IMG/VR virus record: IMGVR_UViG_3300022917_000005
Strand: one strand, 5' to 3'
Length of the DNA stretch: 45,207 nucleotides
Source of the DNA: a virus
The translations under genes and the position numbers were made by a program. This document shows, piece after piece, positions 17,392 to 26,116 of the stretch. Below the pieces are notes generated by a model. That model ran no database searches. It was not told the DNA's origin and saw only the letters and a list, made by a program, of their open reading frames with translations. How positions within the stretch are numbered: the first letter of the stretch is position 1; each line of letters starts with the position of its first letter.

Positions 17392-17681
17392 TCCGGAATG
17401 AGACCGTGCTGGCCTTCTGGGATCACGTCCCCGATCCGGAAGCGGTAGACCTAAGCCATGACGACACGGCGCGTGCGATCGAGGCGGCGCTGAGGGAGAT
17501 GATGGAGCACGGGGAGATCCGCATCCGCGTGACGGAGGAGCCCCTCATTTTCGGAGCAGCGGTGATAGACATGCTTGGGAGCGTGTGGGAAAAGACGGAG
17601 CACGGCTGGCGCTCCGGATTCATGCGCGGAAGCTGGGATTTCGTCCGGAGCACTGGCGGAGAGCTGTGGAGGATTCGATGA
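17388..17681 (+). CDS. Hypothetical protein (97 aa), paralog of the previous gene
   Basis: GTGA overlap start; see the previous feature. Confidence 0.55.
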   Translation: MIRNETVLAFWDHVPDPEAVDLSHDDTARAIEAALREMMEHGEIRIRVTEEPLIFGAAVIDMLGSVWEKTEHGWRSGFMRGSWDFVRSTGGELWRIR

Positions 17682-18163
17682 GTAAGCGGAAGGGTGCGGG
17701 GGGGCTGTACGTGTGGCGCGTGGATAAGCCGCACGCGCTCCTCGGTTGGCCCATCATCGGCCGGCACTTCGGCTACGGGGGGATGACGAACAGCTTTTAT
17801 CACCGCGAACTACAGCACCTCGCCGGTAGCGTGAAGTACGGGCGCCTGCCTGCTTACTGGAGCGACCTTCGTCCGAAGTGCTATCGCATCCCACTGCCGA
17901 ACTTCATCCTTCACGGGCACTATCGGCGCAAGATCACGTTTGCGCTGGAGACTCTGCTTATCGGAGTACTCTGCCCCGTTTACAACGTGACGCAACAGCC
18001 TCCGTGGAATCTCCGCAAGATCTCACGTGGGCAGGCGGCAGCGCAACGGGCGGCCAGGGAGCAGTTCGGACAGGTGGCGAAGCTGGGGCGCGCGCTCCTG
18101 CGGTGGATCATCAATATCACGGTGATCTCCGTGCTTGTGGGGAGCTGGTGGCTGACGCGATGA
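17678..18163 (+). CDS. GIY-YIG-like domain protein with a C-terminal TM helix
   Basis: GLYVWRV...GYGGMT...RELQH...ETLLIGVLCPVYNV resembles the GIY / YIG / R..H / E / N motifs. The C-terminus INITVISVLVGSWWL is hydrophobic. Confidence 0.45.
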   Translation: MSKRKGAGGLYVWRVDKPHALLGWPIIGRHFGYGGMTNSFYHRELQHLAGSVKYGRLPAYWSDLRPKCYRIPLPNFILHGHYRRKITFALETLLIGVLCPVYNVTQQPPWNLRKISRGQAAAQRAAREQFGQVAKLGRALLRWIINITVISVLVGSWWLTR

Positions 18164-18474
18164 GCAAGCCTCTTCTTTACCCGGAGCGGCAGCGATGCAA
18201 GAAGTGTCGTCTGTACCTCGGAGGCTTCGCGGTATTAAAACGGCTGTACTGTTCGTACGATTGCGCTGGCGTGGCGATGCCTTCCGAGAATCCTGACGAT
18301 TGGCCACGCCAGCACTTCGCCCGCTATAAAGGCAGAAAGACCGCGAAGATTGCCTACGATTACCCGGAGCAGCCGGATGAACGGAAACAGCGATTTTCTG
18401 ACCTAGTGACCTATCTTTGCGAATACTGTCTCATGTACCATCTAGGCCACGAAGGGGTGCAATCCAATGACTAG
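18160..18474 (+). CDS. Cys-rich hypothetical protein (104 aa)
   Basis: ATGA overlap. Contains CKKC...CSYDC...CEYC. Confidence 0.55.
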   Translation: MSKPLLYPERQRCKKCRLYLGGFAVLKRLYCSYDCAGVAMPSENPDDWPRQHFARYKGRKTAKIAYDYPEQPDERKQRFSDLVTYLCEYCLMYHLGHEGVQSND

Positions 18475-19561
18475 GCCGAGCTGGACTATGAGGAGTGCTC
18501 TCCTGGCCGCTATCGATGGAGATGGCTTCGTTCCCGTGTTCGCCAGCAGTGCCAACGCGGTGATGCGCCGGAAGATGGTAGATGCCGGCTGGACGGAGAA
18601 GGATGGCCGAATTACTGCGGAGGGACGCTTCGCAGTGGCGCTGCGCCGAGGAGAGGGGCAATGGTACGTGCTCCCCGGCAACGGGCCGTGGAGGATCGAT
18701 GACGCTTGCTTGGCGAGCCACCACAACACCACGTACGCCATGCGCGGATACGTGTACGAGAACAACAGAATGCTCACCGGGCGTATCCGTTGCACGTGCC
18801 CGCGCGCGCTCGCACTGAAGGAGATCCACGCCAAGCAGCTCCGCGAATCGCAGCGCCGGCACTACCACAACCAACCTCCTGCGATGCCGTCATGGTGGAC
18901 AGGACCTTGGCGCATCTTGCCAGAGTGTCCGGCCGCGGGGCACAACGTGCTCACGCGCGCTCTGCGTGGCCACATCCTGAAGCGCTGCATTTGTCCGCGG
19001 GCGCTGGCGCTGGTGGCTCAGCACTGGCCCGCGGAGGCAGAGAAGAAGAAGGCGCGAGCGAAGGCAAAACCGAAGGCGAAGGCGAAGCGCGAGAAGCAGA
19101 TCCGGATCAATGCACCAACCAATGGAATCGGCGTAACGCTCTACAGGTCACCCGATTTCACTCGCGCACCATGCACTGATCATCGCGCACTGTTCGATCG
19201 CGCGATGGAGAACGATCCAAAAGCACGCGCAGGCGCGAAAAAGGTCTGTGAGGATTGCCCCCTCGCGGTGCAGTGCGGAGACTGGGTAATGCAGGAAGAG
19301 GGCACTAAGCCCGGTAGTTGGGGCGGTATCTGGGGTGGGCTCAGTCCGCAGGATCGAAGGAGGAGATATGAAGCAGCAGGAGCTGGTGCCGTACTCGCAG
19401 CCGAACATCCCGTTCAGCGTGATGCGGGGGCCGAAGTGGCAAACGCTCGCGGAGGCGAACCGACTGGAGAAGGCGGGGAAAATCCGGGTGCTGGGCAACG
19501 GAGTGCTCTATCAGGAAGGCGTGCGTATCCTCATCGCACTGCCGTACGAACCGCTCACTAA
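18467..19561 (+). CDS. WhiB-like domain fused to an N-terminal region of unknown function
   Basis: C-x24-CEDC-x5-C followed by GIWGG. The N-terminal part carries two RC(T/I)CPRALAL repeats. The last 195 nt overlap the next well-supported CDS. Confidence 0.65.
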   Translation: MTRPSWTMRSALLAAIDGDGFVPVFASSANAVMRRKMVDAGWTEKDGRITAEGRFAVALRRGEGQWYVLPGNGPWRIDDACLASHHNTTYAMRGYVYENNRMLTGRIRCTCPRALALKEIHAKQLRESQRRHYHNQPPAMPSWWTGPWRILPECPAAGHNVLTRALRGHILKRCICPRALALVAQHWPAEAEKKKARAKAKPKAKAKREKQIRINAPTNGIGVTLYRSPDFTRAPCTDHRALFDRAMENDPKARAGAKKVCEDCPLAVQCGDWVMQEEGTKPGSWGGIWGGLSPQDRRRRYEAAGAGAVLAAEHPVQRDAGAEVANARGGEPTGEGGENPGAGQRSALSGRRAYPHRTAVRTAH

Positions 19562-19799
19562 GCGCACGCCTGCGCAGGGCGTGACGTGGCGATACCGACT
19601 GCTGCGCTGGGGTGGCTTCGCGGTGATCGGGCTCGGCACGGTGACTGCTCTCCTGGCCGCCCTCTGGGATGCTCGCCACGTGATCATGATTGGCGTGGGG
19701 CTGGTGCTGCTGCCGGCTTCGCTCGTGTGGATCTACCGCCTGATTTCAACGGGTCACGCGTGCAAGGGGCTGCACTGCTCCAGGTGCCCCTCTCGCTAA
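19368..19799 (+). CDS. Membrane protein (143 aa)
   Basis: ATG after GAAGGAGGAG. Two hydrophobic helices. C-terminal CKGLHCSRC. Confidence 0.65.
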   Translation: MKQQELVPYSQPNIPFSVMRGPKWQTLAEANRLEKAGKIRVLGNGVLYQEGVRILIALPYEPLTKRTPAQGVTWRYRLLRWGGFAVIGLGTVTALLAALWDARHVIMIGVGLVLLPASLVWIYRLISTGHACKGLHCSRCPSR

Positions 19800-19816
19800 G
19801 GTTAGACCCTGTAACC

Positions 19817-19855
19817 CAGTTGACTTCTCGACTGAGGTACCGGTAAGCTCTGTGC
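19817..19855 (+). promoter_or_regulatory. Leaderless promoter with motif copy
   Basis: CAGTTGACTTCTCGACTG: TTGACT (19820-25), 18 nt, TAAGCT (19844-49), 6 nt, ATG (19856). Confidence 0.55.
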
Positions 19856-20002
19856 ATGAGCCACTTCAGGGGCAAGCGTCGGGTTTTCGTTGGGACGTTA
19901 TGCGGGGAACGACTCCCTGTCGGCGAGCGCAATATCCACGAAGCTTCTTGCGAAATCTGCAAGAAGCAGATTCAAATCATGAACGCACAGAGCAAGAGCT
20001 AA
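19856..20002 (+). CDS. Possible leaderless 48-aa Cys-containing protein
   Basis: Encodes MSHFRGKRRVFVGTLCGERLPVGERNIHEASCEICKKQIQ... The ATG is 6 nt after the -10 box. Confidence 0.4.
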   Translation: MSHFRGKRRVFVGTLCGERLPVGERNIHEASCEICKKQIQIMNAQSKS

Positions 20003-20019
20003 TCGAGAAGGAGCACGGG

Positions 20020-20157
20020 ATGTCGAAGATCAAGGCCGGGACGTACAAGGGTAAGGGTCGCGGGGATTCGTACGGGACGTGGCGCGATGGGCGCCAGATG
20101 AGCGCGGAGCAGATTGCCGGCCGCAAGATCGAGCGTCTCGTGCCGAAGAATGGCTAG
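20020..20157 (+). CDS. Hypothetical 45-aa basic protein
   Basis: ATG after GAGAAGGAGCA. Confidence 0.5.
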   Translation: MSKIKAGTYKGKGRGDSYGTWRDGRQMSAEQIAGRKIERLVPKNG

Positions 20158-20281
20158 GGGCACGTGCGCCAAGTGCGGACACGAGAGCGGCCACGACATG
20201 CAGCGCCCGTGTAAGCGGTGGGTGCGAGCGGAGAAGAGGGGACAGCGGCAACTCGACAGGCTGTGCAACTGCACTGGCTGA
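20150..20281 (+). CDS. Possible 43-aa Cys-rich protein
   Basis: Encodes MARGTCAKCGHESGHDMQRPCKRW...CNCTG and overlaps the previous stop. Confidence 0.4.
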   Translation: MARGTCAKCGHESGHDMQRPCKRWVRAEKRGQRQLDRLCNCTG

Positions 20282-20287
20282 TCTACG

Positions 20288-20324
20288 AAGAAGCGCCACG
20301 CTCGATCGGAGCGTGGCGCTTCTT
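20288..20324. terminator. Bidirectional terminator hairpin where the two arms converge
   Basis: AAGAAGCGCCACGCTC-GATCG-GAGCGTGGCGCTTCTT, a 16-bp perfect stem between convergent genes. Confidence 0.65.
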
Positions 20325-20339
20325 GCCGTGCTGGCGCAG

Positions 20340-20609
20340 TTAGATGCGCTTGCCCACTTCCTTGCGCGCCGCGTCGATGGTGCTCTGTGCGAGCTTGCCC
20401 ACCACGTTCTTCTTGACGTAGCCGGCCAGCCACGCCGCGCCGGCCGCGATGACGGAGTACGCGCCGACTTCGAGGAAGTCGGGCAGCTTCGGCACGAAGT
20501 CAGTCACGGTGCCGGCCAGGAGGGACTGGCCCACCAGGCTCACCACCAGTACCGCCAGCGCGCTCGCCTTCACCTTCGCCTCAGTCACGGTCTTCTTGAA
20601 ATCGCTCAT
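20340..20609 (-). CDS. Holin-like membrane protein (89 aa)
   Basis: Two hydrophobic helices; last gene of the lysis cassette. Confidence 0.55.
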   Translation of the reverse strand: MSDFKKTVTEAKVKASALAVLVVSLVGQSLLAGTVTDFVPKLPDFLEVGAYSVIAAGAAWLAGYVKKNVVGKLAQSTIDAARKEVGKRI

Positions 20610-20848
20610 CCCTGCTCCTTATCCGTGGCGCACTGGGTGTCCAGTATCGCCTGCTTCGAGTCGCGCTGTGCGCGCCCCGCGTCCGTGGTGGGCGGCGCAA
20701 TCACATACGCGTGAAGGTCGCTCCGCAATGCCTCGCAGAGCTTGCGCTCCGCGGTGACCCTGGCGTTTTCCGCCAGTAGGTAGGAGGTGAGTACAGAGAG
20801 AACGCACATACCCAGCATCGAAAGCCACAGTTTCCATCCTGGGTTCAT
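20606..20848 (-). CDS. N-terminally anchored membrane protein (80 aa)
   Basis: ATG at 20848 after AGGTGGTG; encodes MNPGWKLWLSMLGMCVLSVLTSYLL... Confidence 0.5.
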   Translation of the reverse strand: MNPGWKLWLSMLGMCVLSVLTSYLLAENARVTAERKLCEALRSDLHAYVIAPPTTDAGRAQRDSKQAILDTQCATDKEQG

Positions 20849-20867
20849 CGCACCACCTGAATGATGA

Positions 20868-21134
20868 TCACTGCCGCACCGAGGATTCCGGCGCTGGAGG
20901 CTGCGATGGCGAGGCGTCCGTACCACCCTGAGCGCGCGCCCGGAGAGCCAGGATTTCCCCGATTCCCGGTACTCCGATCAGACTGCCACCCAGAAGGAGA
21001 AACCACTCGTTCACCGTACCGGGCGGGACGAATAGGGCTTGATGGATAATAAGCCCCCACCCTCCCAAATAGGAAATCACGTCGCGCGCCATCGTGACCC
21101 ACGAAGGGAAACGGTTCGTGCTGTTCGCGCTCAC
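20868..21134 (-). CDS. Holin-like membrane protein (88 aa)
   Basis: Two hydrophobic helices; directly downstream of the endolysin. Confidence 0.55.
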   Translation of the reverse strand: MSANSTNRFPSWVTMARDVISYLGGWGLIIHQALFVPPGTVNEWFLLLGGSLIGVPGIGEILALRARAQGGTDASPSQPPAPESSVRQ

Positions 21135-21182
21135 TCATGCCTCGCCTTCCCGTCTTCATCCCGTAGATGATCGTAGATGGAC

Positions 21183-22724
21183 TTAGCCGAGCCCGCCGAG
21201 CACCTCGCGGAGACCAGCCTCCACTCGCTCCTGCACTTCCTCCGGAGTGACGTTCGTGTCCGGAAGGCCAGCCAGGATGAGCGCCGCGAGCTGCTGCACG
21301 TCCACCGCTTCGCGCATGGCGTTGGTGATGGCGGCGAGGATCTCCGCCTTATCGCCATCGTCCTGCGTCACCTTGACCAGCACCGCGTTTGAGGCTGTCT
21401 GCGATCCCGCGGCGTAGTTACGTGCGTTGATGCCGGCGCCGTACGTGTTGGTGACGTACGTCCGGAACAGCCATTTGCCGTCTTCGTCGTTACTGCCCGC
21501 TGGCGCCGGCATCGCGGCATCCGCGAACGCTGCCCCCAGCGCCGCCTTGCCGGCCGCACTCTTGGCCCATTCGGTCATCTCTGCTGGTGTCATGTCGTCC
21601 TCCACTAGTCCCCAGGGGGTGGTGATCTGCTCAGGGTTTCCGGGTGCGCTGCCGCTGCCGTAGCGACCGCTGAAATGCGCGTGCTTATTGTGAGGGTTGC
21701 TGCCCGTGTACGCCTTCTCTACCCATCCACTCGATGCGCTCCAGATGCGCCGGTTATAGATGATGTTCTGAAGGCGCTTCTCCTGGCCGGAACGGCAGCG
21801 CGTCAGGATCGTCTGCACGATCCTTTCCATACTCCAGCCCGGAAGCCACGGACCCTTGTCCGTGACGTCTTTCGCGTGCACTTCGTTGATGGTGTCCGGA
21901 TCTTCGTACGGAGTATTTCCCGTCTCGTCCGGATTGTGATCCGAGGAGTTTTCGGCGTGCTCGCCATCCCCGATCGAGCCATCGCTTTCTTTGCTCCGGT
22001 CCGGACCAACTCTATTGATCTCCGCCACGAGCGAATCGAGCGATGGAATGTTCACCCATGCCATTCGCGCTACTCCCGTCATGTCTGCCCACAGATCCGG
22101 CGAGCGCACCGCGCTCTGCGAGACCGGAATGCCGGCGATGGGGCTGACGCGATGTTGCATCACCGCGAGGCTCTCCCACCCCCCGTATCCAGCATCCCAC
22201 AGGTCAGACGTATCGCCAGGGTAGGTGGGCTGGTAGCCGTTGTTTGGGGCAGCCCACAGCCACGGTGAGCGCCCCGCGCTGGCCACCAGCCACCCGTGCG
22301 CCTGCTGCCACCAGTCGCCCGTGTACGTGATGATGGGGCGGCCAAGGAGGGCAGTCATCCGGGCCACGTACGCGTTATAGATCTCCTCTGTGGGCACGCC
22401 TCCCGTGCTGGTGCTGGTGGCTTCTATGTCGACCACCACCGCGACCCCACGCACGTTCAACCCTAATCGCGCCATTTGCCGATAGGCGTAATCCGCCTGC
22501 GCGGTCCCGCTGGCATCTCCGGTGAGCCAGTGAAAGCACGAGAGCTGCATCCCCGCGGCGCGCGCCTCGCGCACGTACTGATCGGCACGCTCGTGCACCG
22601 AATGCGACGTGAGCCCGTGCGAAGTCTTGACGTTGATTCCCGTCATGCCGGCGGCCAGGAGAGGCGCAACCGAAAGGTTTACCTGATAGCTCGCAATGTC
22701 CGCGATGAATTGAGTCACGATCAC
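21183..22724 (-). CDS. Endolysin with an N-terminal GH25-like muramidase domain
   Basis: DIASYQ ... INVKTSHG ... SCFHWL ... VVVDIE follows the GH25 pattern. The C-terminal 300 aa are unassigned (contain HAENSSDHNPD). Confidence 0.65.
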   Translation of the reverse strand: MIVTQFIADIASYQVNLSVAPLLAAGMTGINVKTSHGLTSHSVHERADQYVREARAAGMQLSCFHWLTGDASGTAQADYAYRQMARLGLNVRGVAVVVDIEATSTSTGGVPTEEIYNAYVARMTALLGRPIITYTGDWWQQAHGWLVASAGRSPWLWAAPNNGYQPTYPGDTSDLWDAGYGGWESLAVMQHRVSPIAGIPVSQSAVRSPDLWADMTGVARMAWVNIPSLDSLVAEINRVGPDRSKESDGSIGDGEHAENSSDHNPDETGNTPYEDPDTINEVHAKDVTDKGPWLPGWSMERIVQTILTRCRSGQEKRLQNIIYNRRIWSASSGWVEKAYTGSNPHNKHAHFSGRYGSGSAPGNPEQITTPWGLVEDDMTPAEMTEWAKSAAGKAALGAAFADAAMPAPAGSNDEDGKWLFRTYVTNTYGAGINARNYAAGSQTASNAVLVKVTQDDGDKAEILAAITNAMREAVDVQQLAALILAGLPDTNVTPEEVQERVEAGLREVLGGLG

Positions 22725-23278
22725 CCGATCTGATCAATGGCGAGATAGCTGCCAGAGTTGAGCTGAAGTGTCACCGCGCTGCTCACGTCCTGGCACCATT
22801 GCAGCGTGAGGTTTCCCGGGGCCGTGACGGTGAGCACGCCATCCTCGAGAATTTGCTGTCCGAAGTTGTCATTCAGACCGTAGGTGATGGAGGAGGTGAA
22901 TGCGCTCGTGCTCGCCATGCGAATGAGCGAACGAATGGAGGTGGTGTTTACGTGCGCGCCGTTGAAATACTGGTTAACACCCACGCCGGTATCCATACCC
23001 ATTGTCATGCGCGCACCCGTGGCAGTACCGGAGAACGTCCACGCGATGCGGATATCCACACCTGGAGTGTTAGCGGTACCCAACTGAGTGAAATAGCGCC
23101 CACGTACGTAGTACGTACCCACCGCGAGCGCGATGCCCGCAAGTTCGGGATCATCGTTCAGGGTGTTGTCTGAGGCGATGACGGTAGCCGTTCCCTTGAC
23201 ATACCAGTCCGGACGCGAGCTGTTCCAAAAGTCTGCGGTGATGGGCTGGCCCACGTACGCGACTGGGAATCTAGCCAT
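22721..23278 (-). CDS. Minor tail / possible receptor-binding protein (185 aa)
   Basis: Position between the tail-tip protein and the endolysin; beta-rich composition. Confidence 0.45.
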   Translation of the reverse strand: MARFPVAYVGQPITADFWNSSRPDWYVKGTATVIASDNTLNDDPELAGIALAVGTYYVRGRYFTQLGTANTPGVDIRIAWTFSGTATGARMTMGMDTGVGVNQYFNGAHVNTTSIRSLIRMASTSAFTSSITYGLNDNFGQQILEDGVLTVTAPGNLTLQWCQDVSSAVTLQLNSGSYLAIDQIG

Positions 23279-23284
23279 TGTTCT

Positions 23285-26116
23285 CTACCTTCCGAAGGTC
23301 GCGGTGCGATAGAACTTCACTAGCGGATTGCCAGAGATTGCCTTCTGAACGCCATTGACGGAGCGGGTAACCGTTGCAGTCTGCGCCGTGCCCGTTCCTG
23401 TGATGTTTGTGAGCGTCATTCGCTCGCCTGCAATCATAAGGTCGAATGCTACGAACACTCCACCCGGCATCTCTGCTGCGGTAGCCCACCGTGCGCTCGT
23501 GGCCACCGTGTTGAAGGTGAGCGAAGTGGCGGTAGCGGTGGCCGCGGAAACGGTGGTGACTACCGGAGCGAAGCGCGGGGGGAAGATGAAATCCTCGATC
23601 ACGCCAGCTCGATACGGCCCGTACGGCGTGCCGTTGAAGACAATGCTCCAGATGTCATTATCGAGCACCTCGCGGTATCCCTGCGCGATCTGCTCCACGG
23701 GGCCCGGCTTCTGTCCCGCGGGCATGTTGGTGATCTCGATCCAGCGTCCCACATCCGTAACCAGGATCTGCTGTCCGAGCGTGCTGGCGAACAACGTCTC
23801 CGGACGGTTGAGTTGCACCGCGATTTCAGGGAAACGCGCATCTGGCCACGTTCCCACGTAACCGAGCCAGGAGGCGATATCGGAGGTGTCCTCATCCGTC
23901 ACTACATCGTATTCGCCACCACCCGGAACGGGGCCGATGGAGTCTGTGCCGTAGCGTCCATCCGTCACAACGTATCGGGAGAAGCCTCCTCCTGGCCGAC
24001 TCACCGTGATGTCATTCGCCACGCCAGTTGTGTCCTTCACCGGCTTTGGAGTCTGCGAGAGGTGAGATCCGGTATTGTGCTGCAAGGTGATGGCGTACGG
24101 TGCGAGCTGGAGCCGACGCCGCGTGATGTAGGTGATGGTGTTTCCCTGGCGCCGCGAGCCCACCAGGATGCCGCCGTCTACGTCCGCACCGCGCTGAAGG
24201 TTGTTCAAGAGTGTGTCAACGCGCTGGCGCCCCACTAGGTCAGTGTCATCCTCCCAACCGTCCAGATCCGGAGTGATGCCCGCGGCGAGGCAGAGTCTCC
24301 GGAATCGATCAGCGAAACGCTCCCCGATGTAGCCGTTGGCTGCCTGCGCAAAGTCGAAGTTCACGAAGTCAACGGTGTTGGTATCGAGCATCATGTGTGC
24401 GAGGTACATATCTGTGTTCGATGCGCTGCCGTTCACAGTGAATCCGGAGAATCGGCCAGGGGAGGACAGGACAATCGAGCCACTTCCCCCTAGGAAGTTC
24501 TGCGATCCCACCTGAAACCACGCTAGTGCCCAATCTACGTTCGCGCCGTTATCCGTCAGCTCCAGCCGCATCGCCACCCATTCGCCAAGGTCGATACTGC
24601 CGGTGAGGATGGAGCTGGAGAGGAGCGAGCCGCCATCGAGATCGAAGGCGCGCACGGTGAAGCTGGATCCGTCTGTCTCGATGCGCCACCACAGTGCAGG
24701 AGAGCCCGCGGTGGTGAAGCTGGCAATCTGTACCGTAGTGATGGGGAGCGTGCCGAACTTGAAGAAGAACGATGCGCCGGCTACCCCCGTGATCGAGGTG
24801 ATGCGCGCCTTGCCGCGGATGAAGGCGCCGCCGTTCTGAAACCCCAGTGAGCCATTCGATCCGGGGAGCGTGTCGTCAGCCTTGAAGCGCGCGTTGCTCA
24901 CCGTGGCTGGCTGCGTCAGTGTGCTGGCCGCGCCCGCCTGCGTGGCGTCGCTGCCGTCTTCGAACGTCCAGTAGCCGGAGGGATCGAGCGCGATGCGATT
25001 GGCGTAGATAGGCGATTCAAGCTGCTGCTGACTGGTTTGCAAGCGCTGAAACAGGTCTGCCGCGTGCACGCGCGCGAGCATGTCTTTTCCCGTGCTATCC
25101 CACTCTTGAGGGAAGGCTTCAATCTCTCCCCAGAATCGGACGGCATCAGAGGTGACGTATGCCTGATTCTGTACACTCCACGTATTACCGAGCCCATCAG
25201 CCCATCCTGTGGTGCCCACGCCGAGTCCGCGGAAATTCGCTTCTGCAACCAGCGTGCCGCCGCTGCCGAAGAATCCATTGTAAAGGCGGAAGCAGTAGAT
25301 CTTTCCGCTCCACGTGTTGTAATTGCTGAAGATCCGGGTGCCGCCCACTCCGGAGCCAATCTCCAGATTCCCGGTACCGCTGTAGACGCTCGTGACGCCA
25401 GCCTGAGAAACCGTCCCAATCGACGTCCACGTGCCATCAATCGACGGGGCTGTGTAGAAGGTGACAGTCCAGCCACCCCCGCCGTTGTTCACGTCTAGTC
25501 GCACGCGGATAGCCATTCGATCCGTTTGCACGAAGGGCTGCGAGCGCACGTTGAAGCCAGCGTTGCTATCGCCGGTTGCGCTCCAGATGATGAACATGCG
25601 CTGATTCGAGGTGATGCCGAAAGTCCACGAATACTGGGAGCTGATCACTCCCGTTTTCGATGCGATGACGGCGCCAGCGATTCCGCCTGTGGTGCTATTA
25701 CTTGGCACTGTCCAGCTCGCTGGAGAGATCTCCGCCATGATGTCGATGTCGCCGGTGATATCGAGCTGTGCCTTATCGGCGGTGAAGGCGTAATCGGTCG
25801 TGTCGTATCCGGGCGCGTAGTAGTAGCCATCGGCTGAGCCTGGCACCACCACCCGGAACGGGGTATAGATGGGCAGCTTCTCGAAGTACGGAGACATTGG
25901 GTTGTCATCCGTCCAGCGCCCACGATTGGCAGCCACCTCGCCACCGTTGTTCAGCGTGAAGTCGCACATTGTCGGAGGCATGCGCCCCTGAATGTCGCGG
26001 CGTCCGCGCTGAATGGAGATGGCCTGCGATCCCCGGATATCGCTCGTGGCATCCACCCACGCGCCATCGACGAAGATTTGCCCGAGAACCGGGTTAGCGT
26101 CCGCGGGGAAACTCAT
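23285..26116 (-). CDS. Large tail-tip protein (Dit-like N-terminus with inserted lectin-like domains)
   Basis: 943 aa; ATGA overlap with the tape measure stop. Two segments look like LamG/concanavalin-type beta sandwiches, judged by eye only. Confidence 0.55.
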   Translation of the reverse strand: MSFPADANPVLGQIFVDGAWVDATSDIRGSQAISIQRGRRDIQGRMPPTMCDFTLNNGGEVAANRGRWTDDNPMSPYFEKLPIYTPFRVVVPGSADGYYYAPGYDTTDYAFTADKAQLDITGDIDIMAEISPASWTVPSNSTTGGIAGAVIASKTGVISSQYSWTFGITSNQRMFIIWSATGDSNAGFNVRSQPFVQTDRMAIRVRLDVNNGGGGWTVTFYTAPSIDGTWTSIGTVSQAGVTSVYSGTGNLEIGSGVGGTRIFSNYNTWSGKIYCFRLYNGFFGSGGTLVAEANFRGLGVGTTGWADGLGNTWSVQNQAYVTSDAVRFWGEIEAFPQEWDSTGKDMLARVHAADLFQRLQTSQQQLESPIYANRIALDPSGYWTFEDGSDATQAGAASTLTQPATVSNARFKADDTLPGSNGSLGFQNGGAFIRGKARITSITGVAGASFFFKFGTLPITTVQIASFTTAGSPALWWRIETDGSSFTVRAFDLDGGSLLSSSILTGSIDLGEWVAMRLELTDNGANVDWALAWFQVGSQNFLGGSGSIVLSSPGRFSGFTVNGSASNTDMYLAHMMLDTNTVDFVNFDFAQAANGYIGERFADRFRRLCLAAGITPDLDGWEDDTDLVGRQRVDTLLNNLQRGADVDGGILVGSRRQGNTITYITRRRLQLAPYAITLQHNTGSHLSQTPKPVKDTTGVANDITVSRPGGGFSRYVVTDGRYGTDSIGPVPGGGEYDVVTDEDTSDIASWLGYVGTWPDARFPEIAVQLNRPETLFASTLGQQILVTDVGRWIEITNMPAGQKPGPVEQIAQGYREVLDNDIWSIVFNGTPYGPYRAGVIEDFIFPPRFAPVVTTVSAATATATSLTFNTVATSARWATAAEMPGGVFVAFDLMIAGERMTLTNITGTGTAQTATVTRSVNGVQKAISGNPLVKFYRTATFGR

